Of a DNA stretch of 64,000 nucleotides, positions 9,786 to 20,065 are shown one piece after another (position 1 is the first letter of the stretch; each line of letters opens with the position of its first letter). Both the position numbers and the translations under genes were made by a program. A model generated the notes under the pieces. That model saw nothing but the letters and a program-made list of their open reading frames with translations, was not told the origin of the DNA and made no database searches. The stretch is from Bradyrhizobiaceae bacterium (GTDB lineage Bacteria; Bacteroidota; Ignavibacteria; Kapaibacteriales; Kapaibacteriaceae), in contig JAGFIZ010000036.1 in NCBI GenBank assembly GCA_024103135.1, forward strand, positions 9,684 through 73,683, written 5' to 3'.

Positions 9786-9797
9786 ACCTAGCAGCCA

Positions 9798-10643
9798 CTA
9801 CTTGAACTTAACAACGACGTCTTCCTTGAGTTCCATCGTGATGGCTTCGCGTGGATATTTAGCCATCATTTTCTGTGCTGACTTCAGATCGCCCTCCTTG
9901 ACCTTGTCGAATTCCATCAGTAGTGAAGGGTTGGCTTCCCACTGATCAATGAGTTTGTCGAAGTCGACGTACATCAATGTTAGCGTGTTGTCCGTCCGAT
10001 ACGTTGCCGTGGTCGAAGCAATTGGCTGGTCTACCTTCACACGCAAACTCATGCGCATCCCACGCATGAAACCAGACATGGCATCGAGCATCGCCAGGAG
10101 CTCTTGTTTGGATTGCGGTTTGTCTTTCTCTGACTTCTTACTGTCTTTTCCTGGAAGAGGGTTATGAATGGTAAGGGCACTGTCGATGTACGTAAACGTG
10201 ACGATCTTATCGTCCGAGTCGTCATCTTCTTCACCAGCGGTACCATCGGTACTTGAGTTCGACGCGCCAGTTGCATTCTTTGCACGATCCTTGTTCAACT
10301 GAACCCAGTTGATATTGCTGGCTAGGTAGGTGGCTACATATCCTCTCATGGTACCAACTTCGATGGGGTTCCATGATTCAAGGTTTACACCACCACCGAA
10401 CTTTCTACCTTCCTCACGGATGGATTCGTCAGACCAAGGGAGTGATGGCCCCTTGTCGTCGACACTATCCTGCCCAAGTTTCGAAAAGCTCTCCACCATG
10501 GAGAAGAATCGGGGAGCAAAGAGCATGGTGTCCACAATGTGGGCACGTCCGTCGGCATGGACGGTAATCGTCGTTAGAGTCCTCAAACAACCCGTTGTGA
10601 CCAGCCCTGCCACGAGCAAGGCAAGTATTACCCATTGTTTCAT
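9798..10643 (-). CDS. Hypothetical lipoprotein with acidic low-complexity insert
   Basis: MKQWVILALLVAGLVTTGC carries a lipobox. The internal stretch SSTDGTAGEEDDDSDD is acidic and low-complexity. No family is recognised. Confidence 0.6.
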   Translation of the reverse strand: MKQWVILALLVAGLVTTGCLRTLTTITVHADGRAHIVDTMLFAPRFFSMVESFSKLGQDSVDDKGPSLPWSDESIREEGRKFGGGVNLESWNPIEVGTMRGYVATYLASNINWVQLNKDRAKNATGASNSSTDGTAGEEDDDSDDKIVTFTYIDSALTIHNPLPGKDSKKSEKDKPQSKQELLAMLDAMSGFMRGMRMSLRVKVDQPIASTTATYRTDNTLTLMYVDFDKLIDQWEANPSLLMEFDKVKEGDLKSAQKMMAKYPREAITMELKEDVVVKFK

Positions 10644-10703
10644 ACGAATCCTTTCAAGTGCCGACAATTTACGAACAGCCCAGAGCGAAATCCCAAGGAC
10701 TGG

Positions 10704-11423
10704 CTAGGCCTTCTGGACACTGAGCTCCGTGGCAACGACATCGGCAATTGCTTCCGCGACAATGGTCGGCGTCACCGGGGTCGGGGAAAGTTCCTGCAAC
10801 GAGATACTGTTCTGTTGCAATGCCTGACGGAAGGCTGCACGACGTTCATCCGGAATGGATACCAGTTCAGAAAGCAATAGATGCTCCGGACCACAGAGGA
10901 TCGAACCATGCTGAAGTACAACATCGTTCTGGACGCACTGTGCACTGCCGACAACCTTACGTCCGCCTACCATGATTTCCGATCGAGCACTCGTAGCAAA
11001 GCATGCTTGTCCCATGTCTGATCCAGAAGCATAGTGCGACCGAAGATCTGTCCCAACGGTATCGAACTCTAGTACGTTACCATTCTCACCCAAGATGTTT
11101 ACCAAGGCACGATGAATGAGTTGATGAACGCTTGCATAGATGGATTGCGGACTGCCGGTTGCTACAACGCAGTAGGTGAGTTCATTGGCATGCAACACAG
11201 CTCGGCCGCCCGTAGGTCGGTGGACAATATCAATGCCATGCTTGGTTGCTGCCGAAGCGTCGATAACGTCGATACGTTGATGCTTCCCCAAGGAAACAGC
11301 CCACGGCTGCCAGGTGTAGAGACGCCACAACCAGGGAGCATTTTCCTGACGAAGACGATCTACGAGAGCAAGATCACGTCTCATGTTCTCGACGCCTGTA
11401 ACAGTCTCAACAGCCAACTGCAT
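10704..11423 (-). CDS. Lipoate-protein ligase / octanoyltransferase family (LplA/LipM-like)
   Basis: HRPTGGRAVLHANELTYCV and GRKVVGSAQ (catalytic Lys context) match BPL_LplA_LipB domains. Confidence 0.75.
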   Translation of the reverse strand: MQLAVETVTGVENMRRDLALVDRLRQENAPWLWRLYTWQPWAVSLGKHQRIDVIDASAATKHGIDIVHRPTGGRAVLHANELTYCVVATGSPQSIYASVHQLIHRALVNILGENGNVLEFDTVGTDLRSHYASGSDMGQACFATSARSEIMVGGRKVVGSAQCVQNDVVLQHGSILCGPEHLLLSELVSIPDERRAAFRQALQQNSISLQELSPTPVTPTIVAEAIADVVATELSVQKA

Positions 11424-12637
11424 TACTCGCTCTTGAGTATTCGCGTGAACTTGAGTTTGCCGACCTTGAGCACGTGGTCAGCATTAAGCTGGATCATGGC
11501 GTTAAGGTCAGCAACCTTCTCACCATCGACTGACACAGCCCCCTGACCAACCAATCTGCGTGCTTCACTGTTGGAAGCGGCAGAGCCAGTGGCCACGATA
11601 AGGGTAACGATGCCTATTTCATGTGTACCTGCATCGGCTTTGAACTCCGGCATGGTGTCTGGCACATCCTTCTTGACAAACATCCGCTCGAATTCGGCAA
11701 AGGCATCGTCGGCAGCTTGCTGGTTGTGATAACGAGCAACAATCTGCTTGGCAAGATTTACCTTGGCATTCCGCGGGTGTAGCGAACCATCGGCAAGTCC
11801 GTTGCGAACTGCCTCAGCCTCGGCGGACGATGCATTTACTGCTAGCTCGTACCAGCGGACGATGAGCGTATCCGGGATGCTCATGGTCTTACCGAACATG
11901 TCGCGTGGAGAGTCCGTAAGACCAATGTAATTGTCGAGCGACTTGCTCATCTTTTCGACGCCATCCGTGCCTTCAAGAATAGGCATGGTGAGGATGCACT
12001 GTGGTTCATGTCCGTAGGCACGCATGATCTCGCGTCCAACCAGGAGGTTGAACTTCTGATCCGTCCCGCCAAGCTCGATGTCGCTCTTCACGGCAACGCT
12101 GTCATATGCTTGAGAGAGTGGGTAGAGGAATTCGTGGACGGAGATTGGCTCACCGCTCCGGTAACGCTTGGTAAAGTCGTCTCTCTCCAGGAGCTGGGCC
12201 ACCGTGTACTTGCCAGCGAGATTCACTACCTCGGCGAACGACAAGGCATTGAGCCACGTGCTGTTGTGGGTAATCTCCAGTCTGTTGGTATCAAGAATGC
12301 GTTGTGCTTGCTCGACGTAGGTGCGACCATTCTCACGTGTTTCTTCAAGCGTTAGTGCAGGCCTGGTCTTGCTCTTGCCGGTTGGATCGCCAATCATTGC
12401 TGTAAAGTCGCCAACGATCAGGACAACGGTATGACCAAGATCTTGAAAGAGCCGAAGTTTATTGAGGACGACGGCATGACCAATGTGAATGTCAGGTCGG
12501 CTAGGATCCAGTCCCAGCTTTACCCGCAGTGGCTTGCCAGTTGCGTGACTACGTTCAAGCTTTGTCAGCAGTTCATCTTCCGGAAGCAGATCAACAACAT
12601 TGTGTTTGATTAGCTGTAGTTGTTCTTTTGGTGTCAT
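11423..12637 (-). CDS. tyrS: Tyrosine--tRNA ligase
   Basis: HIGH (DIHIGHAV) and KMSKS motifs are present, with a C-terminal S4-like domain. Confidence 0.95.
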   Translation of the reverse strand: MTPKEQLQLIKHNVVDLLPEDELLTKLERSHATGKPLRVKLGLDPSRPDIHIGHAVVLNKLRLFQDLGHTVVLIVGDFTAMIGDPTGKSKTRPALTLEETRENGRTYVEQAQRILDTNRLEITHNSTWLNALSFAEVVNLAGKYTVAQLLERDDFTKRYRSGEPISVHEFLYPLSQAYDSVAVKSDIELGGTDQKFNLLVGREIMRAYGHEPQCILTMPILEGTDGVEKMSKSLDNYIGLTDSPRDMFGKTMSIPDTLIVRWYELAVNASSAEAEAVRNGLADGSLHPRNAKVNLAKQIVARYHNQQAADDAFAEFERMFVKKDVPDTMPEFKADAGTHEIGIVTLIVATGSAASNSEARRLVGQGAVSVDGEKVADLNAMIQLNADHVLKVGKLKFTRILKSE

Positions 12638-12644
12638 AACGTCA

Positions 12645-12652
12645 CAAAGTTA
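12645..12652 (-). promoter_or_regulatory. -7 promoter box (TAACTTTG on minus strand)
   Basis: It matches TAnnTTTG exactly and ends 7 nt before the tyrS ATG. This implies a leaderless or near-leaderless mRNA. Confidence 0.35.
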
Positions 12653-12723
12653 TCACGTTGGTATAGCCAGCGAGCACTGCTGTGAAGGTTCTACCACGAA
12701 TCAATGCTTCGGGTAACAAGGCA

Positions 12724-13203
12724 TTAGTCTGCCATTCCGCCCTTCATGCGCTGCATTCCACGTTGCTGTTCCTTCTCCTTGATGGTATGGCGCTTGTCAA
12801 AGAGCTTCTTACCACGAGCAATGCCTAGCTCTACCTTGACGTAGGGACCAGAGAAGTAGATCGAGAGGGGGACAACCGTGAGACCCTTTTCTTCAAGGCT
12901 TACCCGAATGCGCTGCAATTCGTGTTTGTGAAGGAGCAGTTTACGCTGACGCATTGGGTCGTGATTCTCCCGATTCCCATGGTCGTACGGATTGATATGC
13001 AGTCCTATCAGCATCAACTCATCGACCGTTCTTGACGGAAAGGTCGCGTAGGCCTCGAGCATGCTCACCTTACCTGCGCGCAGACTCTTGACCTCCGTAC
13101 CCGTGAGTTGGATGCCTGCCTCGAAGGTGTGCAGGATCTCGAACTCGTGGTAGGCCTTCCGGTTCTTGGCTATGGTTCGTATGGTACGGTCATCTGGCTG
13201 CAT
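12724..13203 (-). CDS. smpB: SsrA-binding protein
   Basis: IAKNRKAYHEFEI, GTEVKSLRAG and LLLHKHEL are hallmark SmpB motifs. Confidence 0.95.
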   Translation of the reverse strand: MQPDDRTIRTIAKNRKAYHEFEILHTFEAGIQLTGTEVKSLRAGKVSMLEAYATFPSRTVDELMLIGLHINPYDHGNRENHDPMRQRKLLLHKHELQRIRVSLEEKGLTVVPLSIYFSGPYVKVELGIARGKKLFDKRHTIKEKEQQRGMQRMKGGMAD

Positions 13204-13248
13204 TGCAGGGTGGGTTCTTCTGACCCTTCGACGGTGCTGTAAATAGAG

Positions 13249-13273
13249 CAGCCCGGCGCATTGCGCTGGGCTG
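13249..13273 (-). terminator. Stem-loop downstream of tRNA-Ser
   Basis: CAGCCCGGCGC-ATT-GCGCTGGGCTG forms an 11-bp stem including one G-U pair, located between the tRNA 3' end and the smpB start. Confidence 0.45.
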
Positions 13274-13289
13274 TCAAAGGTGAAAAGTG

Positions 13290-13380
13290 CGGAGGGGGAG
13301 GGATTCGAACCCTCGATAGAGCTTTACAACCCTATGACGGTTTAGCAAACCGTTGCCTTCAGCCACTCGGCCACCCCTCC
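13290..13380 (-). tRNA. tRNA-Ser (anticodon GCU), long variable arm, CCA not encoded
   Basis: The reverse complement reads GGAGGGGTGGCCGAGTGG...ACGGT-TTGCTAA-ACCGT...GAGGGTTCGAATCCCTC-CCCCTCC-G. The acceptor, anticodon and T arms all pair. Confidence 0.93.
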
Positions 13381-13428
13381 GGGTTCAGGAATATGCAAGA
13401 TACAACGTATTCGTAAATTTTGCGAGTT

Positions 13429-16065
13429 ATGAATGCTAAAGAAACACCACTTAACCGACAATACAACCAAATCAAGGCCAAACACCCTGATACCATCCTA
13501 CTGTTTCGGTTAGGTGATTTCTACGAAACCTTTGGCAACGATGCACTGCTTACCTCGCAGGCCTGTGGCATTACGCTGACCAAACGTAATAACGGCGCCG
13601 AAGCCGAAACACCGCTCGCCGGGTTCCCACATCACCAGTTGGATACCTACCTGCCGAAGCTGGTCAAGGCTGGGCATCGCGTTGCTGTTTGCGAACAACT
13701 TGAGGACCCTAAACAAGCCAAGGGCATCGTCAAACGTGGCGTTGTAGAAATCGTTACGCCTGGTGTGGTGATGTACGACAAGCTCCTCGAACACAATGCC
13801 AATACGTTTGTGTGTTGTTTGGTCAAGGGGCTAGGTAGGCGTAGTGGTTCAACGCAGAATGATGAGCGATGGGGCATGGCCATTGCTGACATTTCAACCG
13901 GACAGTTCCTTGCAGGTGAGGTGGCTGGCAATACTCTTGCAAACCTCCTTGAGAGCTTTCAGCCGGCAGAACTCCTCGTGAACAAGGATCAGCGTGAGTA
14001 CTGGGAGCCCCTCCACAAGCAGGCAGCACCGCATGCTGCGCTAACACGACAAGAAGGGTGGTTGTTTGATGCAGACTTTGCTCTTACGACTGCTCTCCGT
14101 CACTTTGAACTGACCTCGCTGAAGGGTTTTGGCATTGAAAACGATAGCCTGGCTGCCACAGCCATTGGCGTTGTACTCCACTATGTAGGGGAAACACAAC
14201 GCAATGCCTTGCCACAACTACGATCGGTCCGTCTACTACACGGTGCCGAGGTCATGGTCCTGGATACGTCTACAAGACGTAACCTAGAGATTCATCAGTC
14301 TGGGTCAACTGGTACACGTGGTGCACTGTTGGACATCGTCGATCGCACAGCGTCGCCCATGGGTGGACGTCTTATGCGCTGGTGGATACAAGCCCCCTTG
14401 GTTTCGCTCTCGGCAATCAAGGAACGTCAGCAAGGCGTTACGAGCTTTGTTGACGATGCCGTGTTGCGGACGTCCATGCTTACGCATTGCGGACGAGTCG
14501 GGGACCTTGAGCGACTCGTTACCAAGGTCGTTACCGACAGGGCAACAGCTCGAGACCTAGTAACGCTGAAGGACGGCTTGAGGCAAATCCCTTCAATCAA
14601 GGAGCTGGTGAGCCCCCTTCCATCACTTGCGTCGCTTAACGCAGCTCTCACGTCGCATGACGACGTGGTCCAGATGATTGGCGAAGCCCTCAACGACGAA
14701 GCACCGATACAGGTTGGAACGGGGAAGATGTTTCGCTCGGGTTACCATGCAGAGCTTGATCAAGTGTGTAATGCACAAGCAAACGGACATGAGTGGATCC
14801 GTACCTTTCAGGAAAGGGAGCGCAGTGCCACTGGGATTTCAACGCTAAAGGTTTCCTTTAACAACGTCTTTGGTTACTACATCGAAGTCAGCAAGGTTCA
14901 GAGCGCCAATGTGCCATCGCATTACGAGCGAAAACAAACATTGACGAATGCCGAACGCTACACCACGCCAGAGTTGAAGCAACTTGAGCACACGTTGCTT
15001 ACGGCCTCAGAACAGGTATCGACGCTTGAAGCTCAGCTGCTTGCTCAGCTTAGGAAACGTGTGAGTGAACATTGCGACCAGATCCAGCGAACGGCACAGG
15101 TCGTTGCTCAGTTGGACTGCTTGAGATCGTTTGCTGATGTAGCGGTCGACAATGAGTATACCTTGCCAGTAGTACATGAAGAAACGGATCTCGTTATCGT
15201 AGACGCCCGACATCCTGTTATCGAAAAGGTGCTTCCTGCCGGTAACAGTTACGTTCCAAACGACATAACACTCGACACTACCGACCAGCAGATTCTGGTC
15301 ATCACTGGTCCGAACATGAGCGGCAAGAGCAGCTATCTACGGCAGACAGGACTGATTGTCTTCCTTGCACATATCGGATCCTACGTACCGGCAACTGAAG
15401 CACGCATACCGCTTACCGACCGGATCTTCACACGGGTTGGTGCACACGACAACTTGATGGCAGGGGAGAGTACGTTCCTTGTCGAAATGCAAGAAGCAGC
15501 GAACATCATTCACAACGCCACCACGCGGAGTCTGATTCTCCTCGACGAGGTAGGACGTGGAACAGCAACGTTCGATGGCATCAGCATTGCCTGGGCAATC
15601 GCAGAGTATCTGCATGAAGTCGTCGGAGCGAAGACCCTGTTTGCAACGCATTACCACGAGCTGACGGCGCTATCGGACCACTTCTCCAGGATCAAGAATG
15701 TCCGCGTAGAGGTCGTTGAACTTGCCGACGGTATTGTGTTTACTCACCGTGTAGTTCCAGGTTCTGCCGACCATAGCTTTGGCATTCACGTAGCACGAAT
15801 GGCCGGAATGCCTGCTAGTCTGTTAAAGACGGCCTCGGCTGTACTCAAGCAATTGGAATCTGGATCGCACGAGCCCGACTCAGTGCCCGTGCAAGTGTCA
15901 GTGAATCGTGAGGGTGGACGGAGCATGGTGAATGGAGATCAGCTCACGATCTTTCAGTTGCACGACGACGAGTTGCATGACAAACTGCGTAGTATTGACA
16001 TCGAATCACTCACGCCCTTGCAAGCGCTACAGGTACTTGCTGAACTCAAACAATCAATCGACTAA
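13429..16065 (+). CDS. mutS: DNA mismatch repair protein MutS
   Basis: The N-terminus TPLNRQYNQIKAKHPDTILLFRLGDFYETF, Walker A GPNMSGKSS and STFLVEM are present. Confidence 0.95.
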   Translation: MNAKETPLNRQYNQIKAKHPDTILLFRLGDFYETFGNDALLTSQACGITLTKRNNGAEAETPLAGFPHHQLDTYLPKLVKAGHRVAVCEQLEDPKQAKGIVKRGVVEIVTPGVVMYDKLLEHNANTFVCCLVKGLGRRSGSTQNDERWGMAIADISTGQFLAGEVAGNTLANLLESFQPAELLVNKDQREYWEPLHKQAAPHAALTRQEGWLFDADFALTTALRHFELTSLKGFGIENDSLAATAIGVVLHYVGETQRNALPQLRSVRLLHGAEVMVLDTSTRRNLEIHQSGSTGTRGALLDIVDRTASPMGGRLMRWWIQAPLVSLSAIKERQQGVTSFVDDAVLRTSMLTHCGRVGDLERLVTKVVTDRATARDLVTLKDGLRQIPSIKELVSPLPSLASLNAALTSHDDVVQMIGEALNDEAPIQVGTGKMFRSGYHAELDQVCNAQANGHEWIRTFQERERSATGISTLKVSFNNVFGYYIEVSKVQSANVPSHYERKQTLTNAERYTTPELKQLEHTLLTASEQVSTLEAQLLAQLRKRVSEHCDQIQRTAQVVAQLDCLRSFADVAVDNEYTLPVVHEETDLVIVDARHPVIEKVLPAGNSYVPNDITLDTTDQQILVITGPNMSGKSSYLRQTGLIVFLAHIGSYVPATEARIPLTDRIFTRVGAHDNLMAGESTFLVEMQEAANIIHNATTRSLILLDEVGRGTATFDGISIAWAIAEYLHEVVGAKTLFATHYHELTALSDHFSRIKNVRVEVVELADGIVFTHRVVPGSADHSFGIHVARMAGMPASLLKTASAVLKQLESGSHEPDSVPVQVSVNREGGRSMVNGDQLTIFQLHDDELHDKLRSIDIESLTPLQALQVLAELKQSID

Positions 16066-16078
16066 TGCTGAATCCGAA

Positions 16079-16981
16079 ATGGACGAGAATCTAGAATCAA
16101 TACGCAAGAAATGGACAGAGCGCGATCGGGTTGTGAAGGCCATAACCAAGGATGGTATGTTCCGTGCTGCCGTAGTGCATAACACCCTAAGCGTACAAAC
16201 AGCGCAGAACCAGCATGAGCTGGATCCATTGCGCTCGCTTATGCTTGCACGTGCTATGTCCGGAGCTACACTCATGGCATCGTTCCTAAAGGGTGAGGAG
16301 CGCGTTGTCCTCTCATTCGAAGGCGACGGGCAGATTCGCACCGTTTACGCCGAAGCCATGCAGGTAGGCGAGGTGCGTGGCTACTGTACGATGAACGAAG
16401 AACCCGTTGCTGACAGAAAGAGTGCACTTGGTCAGGGGCTTCTCAAGGTGCAGCGTGTACTCTACGGAAAGAACGAGCCAATAACAGGGATCGTCGAACT
16501 CATACGAGGTGATGTTACGACCGACCTTGGACACTATCTCACACAAAGCGAACAGATCCCTTCGGCGTTTATGTTGGACTGTGCCTACGACGAAGCTGAT
16601 AAGATCAGGCAAAGCGTAGGTCTTCTTGTTCAGGCCATGCCAGGTGCTCGACCGGAGGACATCTTCAAGGTTTACGACGTTCTGGATATGCTTGATAGGC
16701 CGACGGAGTTTGCCGACCGTGGATATACACCCGAGGATATTCTCCGTCAGATTCTTCCTACCGATATCGACGTGCTAGGCTCTTCGCCCGTAGACTTTTT
16801 CTGCCGGTGTTCGATTGAGCGGTTCAAGAGCGTCCTCCTCACATTGGGATACGACGAAATCCTAAGCATGGAACGGCAAGGACACAACGAGCTCCATTGT
16901 CAATACTGCAACAAACGCTACCTCTTAACCGAACAGGATTTCGGTGAGCTCAAGGAACAACTGCTCGCAAAGCGCAACTGA
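16079..16981 (+). CDS. hslO: Redox-regulated chaperone Hsp33
   Basis: The C-terminal zinc centre CRCS...CQYCNKRY is present. The ATG lies 14 nt after the mutS stop, and the ORF-track upstream extension overlaps mutS. Confidence 0.9.
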   Translation: MDENLESIRKKWTERDRVVKAITKDGMFRAAVVHNTLSVQTAQNQHELDPLRSLMLARAMSGATLMASFLKGEERVVLSFEGDGQIRTVYAEAMQVGEVRGYCTMNEEPVADRKSALGQGLLKVQRVLYGKNEPITGIVELIRGDVTTDLGHYLTQSEQIPSAFMLDCAYDEADKIRQSVGLLVQAMPGARPEDIFKVYDVLDMLDRPTEFADRGYTPEDILRQILPTDIDVLGSSPVDFFCRCSIERFKSVLLTLGYDEILSMERQGHNELHCQYCNKRYLLTEQDFGELKEQLLAKRN

Positions 16982-17007
16982 TTGAAGGGGGCTAGGTAGC
17001 TGTTGTG

Positions 17008-17025
17008 AGTCGCGCTTAAGCGACT
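17008..17025. terminator. Short hairpin in the convergent hslO/pta gap
   Basis: AGTCGC-GCTTAA-GCGACT forms a 6-bp stem and overlaps the pta stop codon. Confidence 0.25.
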
Positions 17026-17944
17026 AGGCGACTGATTGTGATTGCAGTATGGCGATGACGGCAGCCATGACAATGTCGTCAGCCGTACACCCACGGGAGA
17101 GGTCGACAAACGGCCGACGCAGTCCTTGTACAATCGGACCATAGGCCTTGAAACCAGCGAGACGCTCCGTGATCTTGTAGGCAATGTTGCCTGCATCGAG
17201 GTCCGGGAAGATCAGGACGTTGGCCATGCCGGCGAGCGGACTGTTTGCTGCTTTCCTATGTGCCACGACGGGGACGAATGCTGCATCAAACTGCAGTTCA
17301 CCATCGGCAACGATCTCGGGATGTTTCGCAGAAAACTGTTGAAATGCCTCCTGAACCTTCTGCACATGTGAATGCTGAGCCGAGCCCTTGGTAGAAAAGC
17401 TCAGGAAGGCAACGCGCGGATCGATCTCGGTAAGCGTCTTATGATTCTGTGAAGCAGACCATGCAATGTCGGCCAGCTGTTCAGCCGTCGGATCAGGGAC
17501 CACGCCACAATCGGCATAGGTTAGCGTGTGACCACTTGGGTGAGTCATCAGGAAGAAGCTGCTTACGACATTCACATCAGCTGCAGCGCCGATCACCCAG
17601 AGTCCGGCTCGGATAACATCGGACGTTGTGCTGATGGAGCCAGCAACGCCAGCATCCATTTCGCCTGTTTCCACAAGCCAGGCAGCCTTGTACAAGGGGA
17701 GTGCAGCTAGTGCTTCTGCCTGCTCCTTCGTTAAACCCTTCGAAGCACGACGCTCAAGAAGGTGATTGGTTAGGGCGGCTTCGTCAACACGAGTATCGGC
17801 AGTTATCAAGAATGGTCGCGCAATGCCACGCTCTTCAAGTGTTCTTGCTGCCTCAATCGTCCGCGGGTCGGCAGAATCAGGCAGGGCCACCGATGCTTGT
17901 TGTGTCGCAGCTCGTTGTGCTAGTCTATCCTCGAGTGTACTCAC
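17024..17944 (-). CDS. pta: Phosphate acetyltransferase (short form)
   Basis: ADCGVVPDPTAEQLADIA, STKGSAQH and FPDLDAGNIAYK are typical of the PTA_PTB domain. Confidence 0.9.
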   Translation of the reverse strand: MSTLEDRLAQRAATQQASVALPDSADPRTIEAARTLEERGIARPFLITADTRVDEAALTNHLLERRASKGLTKEQAEALAALPLYKAAWLVETGEMDAGVAGSISTTSDVIRAGLWVIGAAADVNVVSSFFLMTHPSGHTLTYADCGVVPDPTAEQLADIAWSASQNHKTLTEIDPRVAFLSFSTKGSAQHSHVQKVQEAFQQFSAKHPEIVADGELQFDAAFVPVVAHRKAANSPLAGMANVLIFPDLDAGNIAYKITERLAGFKAYGPIVQGLRRPFVDLSRGCTADDIVMAAVIAILQSQSVA

Positions 17945-18966
17945 GGTGCAATGCCAAGTAAAGCGTTTGTGGAGTCAGGCAGACTCACCGTGGTCACGAC
18001 CTTTTCTGCAAACTCATCGAATGCGGTGATCGTTCGGCCATCAGAAGAAGAACAGTACATGCGTGCTCTAGCAGCATCATACCAGATTCCATAGTACGCT
18101 TCGAACTGAACGGCTGCAGCACGCTTGGGTGAGCGTGAGGCTGCTTGCAGAAGACCGTTTTGTACGGGGACATAGCAGAAGCCGCTGGCATTCACGACTA
18201 TGCCATGGGGTAGTTGTTTCGGACCTTCACTTTCACGTGAAGTGAGTGCAACCGAAGCAACAATGGATCGATTTGTCACATCAAGCGCGCTAAGCATGGG
18301 TGCTGTTGGTGTTTCCGTGCTACCAGCGTCCTTCCCAGCCCCCTTCATCACAATACAGAACACACCACCCAATGCATCGGCCCGAACCCATTGCGGAGAT
18401 GGTGCAGGGAGGGGAATGGTTGCTTCCACTGCGTTGGTGCGAGAATCGATGATGCGCGCTTCCTGCAATTCGGGTACAAGCACGCAAATCTGGTTGCCTA
18501 GGGCGACGATGTCAGACGGCACGGCATTGAGTGGAATGCTGCTCACCACGCTGTTTATCGTAAGGTCAACGATGGCCACAGACTGTTCTGATGGAATTGC
18601 AACGTAAGCCGTGGTTGCATTGGCAAAGGCAATGCCTGATGCCATGCCAGGGAGAGCAATGGTATCGCTGGCCTGGAGATTGGATCTCTGGAGGACAACG
18701 ATCTCGGCATTAGACCGTAACAAGTAGAGGTTGTCTCTGTACTCTTGCAAACGTTGCACAGGATAGGTGCCCGATGCATCTGTTGGTTTCCAAACCGTGG
18801 TCTTGTTAAGTCCGCTTGGCATATCAACCGTGTACACTTCACCTGGTCCGCTTACAAGCAAACGCCACGTGTCATCAAAAGAGTTGACCAAGGGTTCTTC
18901 GGGAGAGCACCCTCCTGTAAAGATTACCAGGCCAATCAGCGGTATGATGTAGAGGTACTGTTTCAC
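17941..18966 (-). CDS. Beta-propeller-like lipoprotein (YncE/YVTN-like), function unknown
   Basis: A GTG start gives MKQYLYIIPLIGLVIFTGGC, a lipoprotein signal. The ATG at 19005 is an alternative start. Repeated motifs of the form ...VAIVDLTINSVV.../...ARIIDSRTNAV.../...LDVTNRSIV... occur. The stop overlaps the pta start by 4 nt. Confidence 0.6.
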   Translation of the reverse strand: MKQYLYIIPLIGLVIFTGGCSPEEPLVNSFDDTWRLLVSGPGEVYTVDMPSGLNKTTVWKPTDASGTYPVQRLQEYRDNLYLLRSNAEIVVLQRSNLQASDTIALPGMASGIAFANATTAYVAIPSEQSVAIVDLTINSVVSSIPLNAVPSDIVALGNQICVLVPELQEARIIDSRTNAVEATIPLPAPSPQWVRADALGGVFCIVMKGAGKDAGSTETPTAPMLSALDVTNRSIVASVALTSRESEGPKQLPHGIVVNASGFCYVPVQNGLLQAASRSPKRAAAVQFEAYYGIWYDAARARMYCSSSDGRTITAFDEFAEKVVTTVSLPDSTNALLGIAP

Positions 18967-19018
18967 TGTCAACAAACTACAAACCACACAGGGAACAACA
19001 TGCACGAGGTCGGTTTGG

Positions 19019-19867
19019 TTACGAGAGGTGACGAATAACGTGGCGAATGATCGACGTCATCACCGGTTCTGCTACCTTGGCTGCGGCAAGGACGTCTTCG
19101 ATGCTTACCGGTTGTAGCGAGTCCGGAAAACACTCGTCAGTGATGATGCTCATGCCCAAGACATCCATGCCCATGTGCACGGCAGCAATCGTTTCGGGGA
19201 CCGTGCTCATCCCAACGACATCGGCACCGATCCCACGCAAGAACCGATACTCTGCACGGGTTTCAAGGTTCGGACCAGGAACGGCTACATACACGCCTCG
19301 GTGGACATAGTGCTGTAGTTCAAGGGCAGCTTGCTGAGCCAAGGCGATGAGCTTCTTGCTGTATGGTTCACTCATGTCGGGAAAACGCGGACCAAGCCGC
19401 TCGTCGTTCGGACCAATGAGCGGACTTCCCCCAAGGAGGTTGATATGATCTTCCATGATCATCACATCGCCCCGGCGGTATATGGGATTCATACCACCGC
19501 ATGCATTCGACACGAACAACGTTCGAGCGCCAAGCCGGTGAAGAACACGGAGAGGGAAGGTGATCTGCTGTTGTGAATACCCCTCGTACACATGGAACCT
19601 TCCTTGTAGAACGGCAACGGGTACCGATTCGAGTGTCCCGAGGATGAGTCGTCCCTTGTGACTTTCTACCGTGCTCAGCGGGAAGCCAGGGATGTTCTGG
19701 TAGTCGATGGCCACATGCGCGTCGACCTGTTCGGCGAGAGCGCCAAGTCCGGTACCTAGGATGATTGCCACACGAGGTACTAATGGCGACAGTGAACGGA
19801 TTGCCGATTCTGCTGCCGTGATCGCCTCGTACAGGGGCATGGCATTGATGTCATTCGTAAGCGTCAT
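19019..19867 (-). CDS. Purine nucleoside phosphorylase (trimeric PNP family)
   Basis: GRFHVYEGY, SNACGGMNP and VGMSTVPE are present. The start is taken at MTLTNDI, and the track start at 19951 is probably too long. Confidence 0.88.
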   Translation of the reverse strand: MTLTNDINAMPLYEAITAAESAIRSLSPLVPRVAIILGTGLGALAEQVDAHVAIDYQNIPGFPLSTVESHKGRLILGTLESVPVAVLQGRFHVYEGYSQQQITFPLRVLHRLGARTLFVSNACGGMNPIYRRGDVMIMEDHINLLGGSPLIGPNDERLGPRFPDMSEPYSKKLIALAQQAALELQHYVHRGVYVAVPGPNLETRAEYRFLRGIGADVVGMSTVPETIAAVHMGMDVLGMSIITDECFPDSLQPVSIEDVLAAAKVAEPVMTSIIRHVIRHLS

Positions 19868-20035
19868 GCTGAAAAATACGATAGTGTACTGTTGCAGCAG
19901 GGTTAGAGCGACTCTGATGCTGCAATTGGAGAGTCCAGTACGACAACACAATAGGTCGGTGTGGATAACTCAAATGCTGAGGTTGTTGTTAGTAACGTTC
20001 AGCCTTACAAGCAAAGCCCCCTGAAGGCGTTTTTG

Positions 20036-20043
20036 TACTTTTG
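20036..20043 (+). promoter_or_regulatory. -7 promoter box TACTTTTG
   Basis: It matches TAnnTTTG exactly, 22 nt upstream of the GTG start of the TPR gene. A GAGGA Shine-Dalgarno-like element lies in between. Confidence 0.4.
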
Positions 20044-20065
20044 ATGCGCAGCAACCGAGGAAAAA

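Noticed and set aside
12638-13428. A possible tmRNA (ssrA) next to smpB, or a genomic island integrated at tRNA-Ser.
   Set aside because: The gaps are only about 86 nt each and contain just a hairpin. The single tRNA-like element is a normal tRNA-Ser(GCU). No integrase, direct repeat of the tRNA 3' end or compositional shift was noticed nearby.
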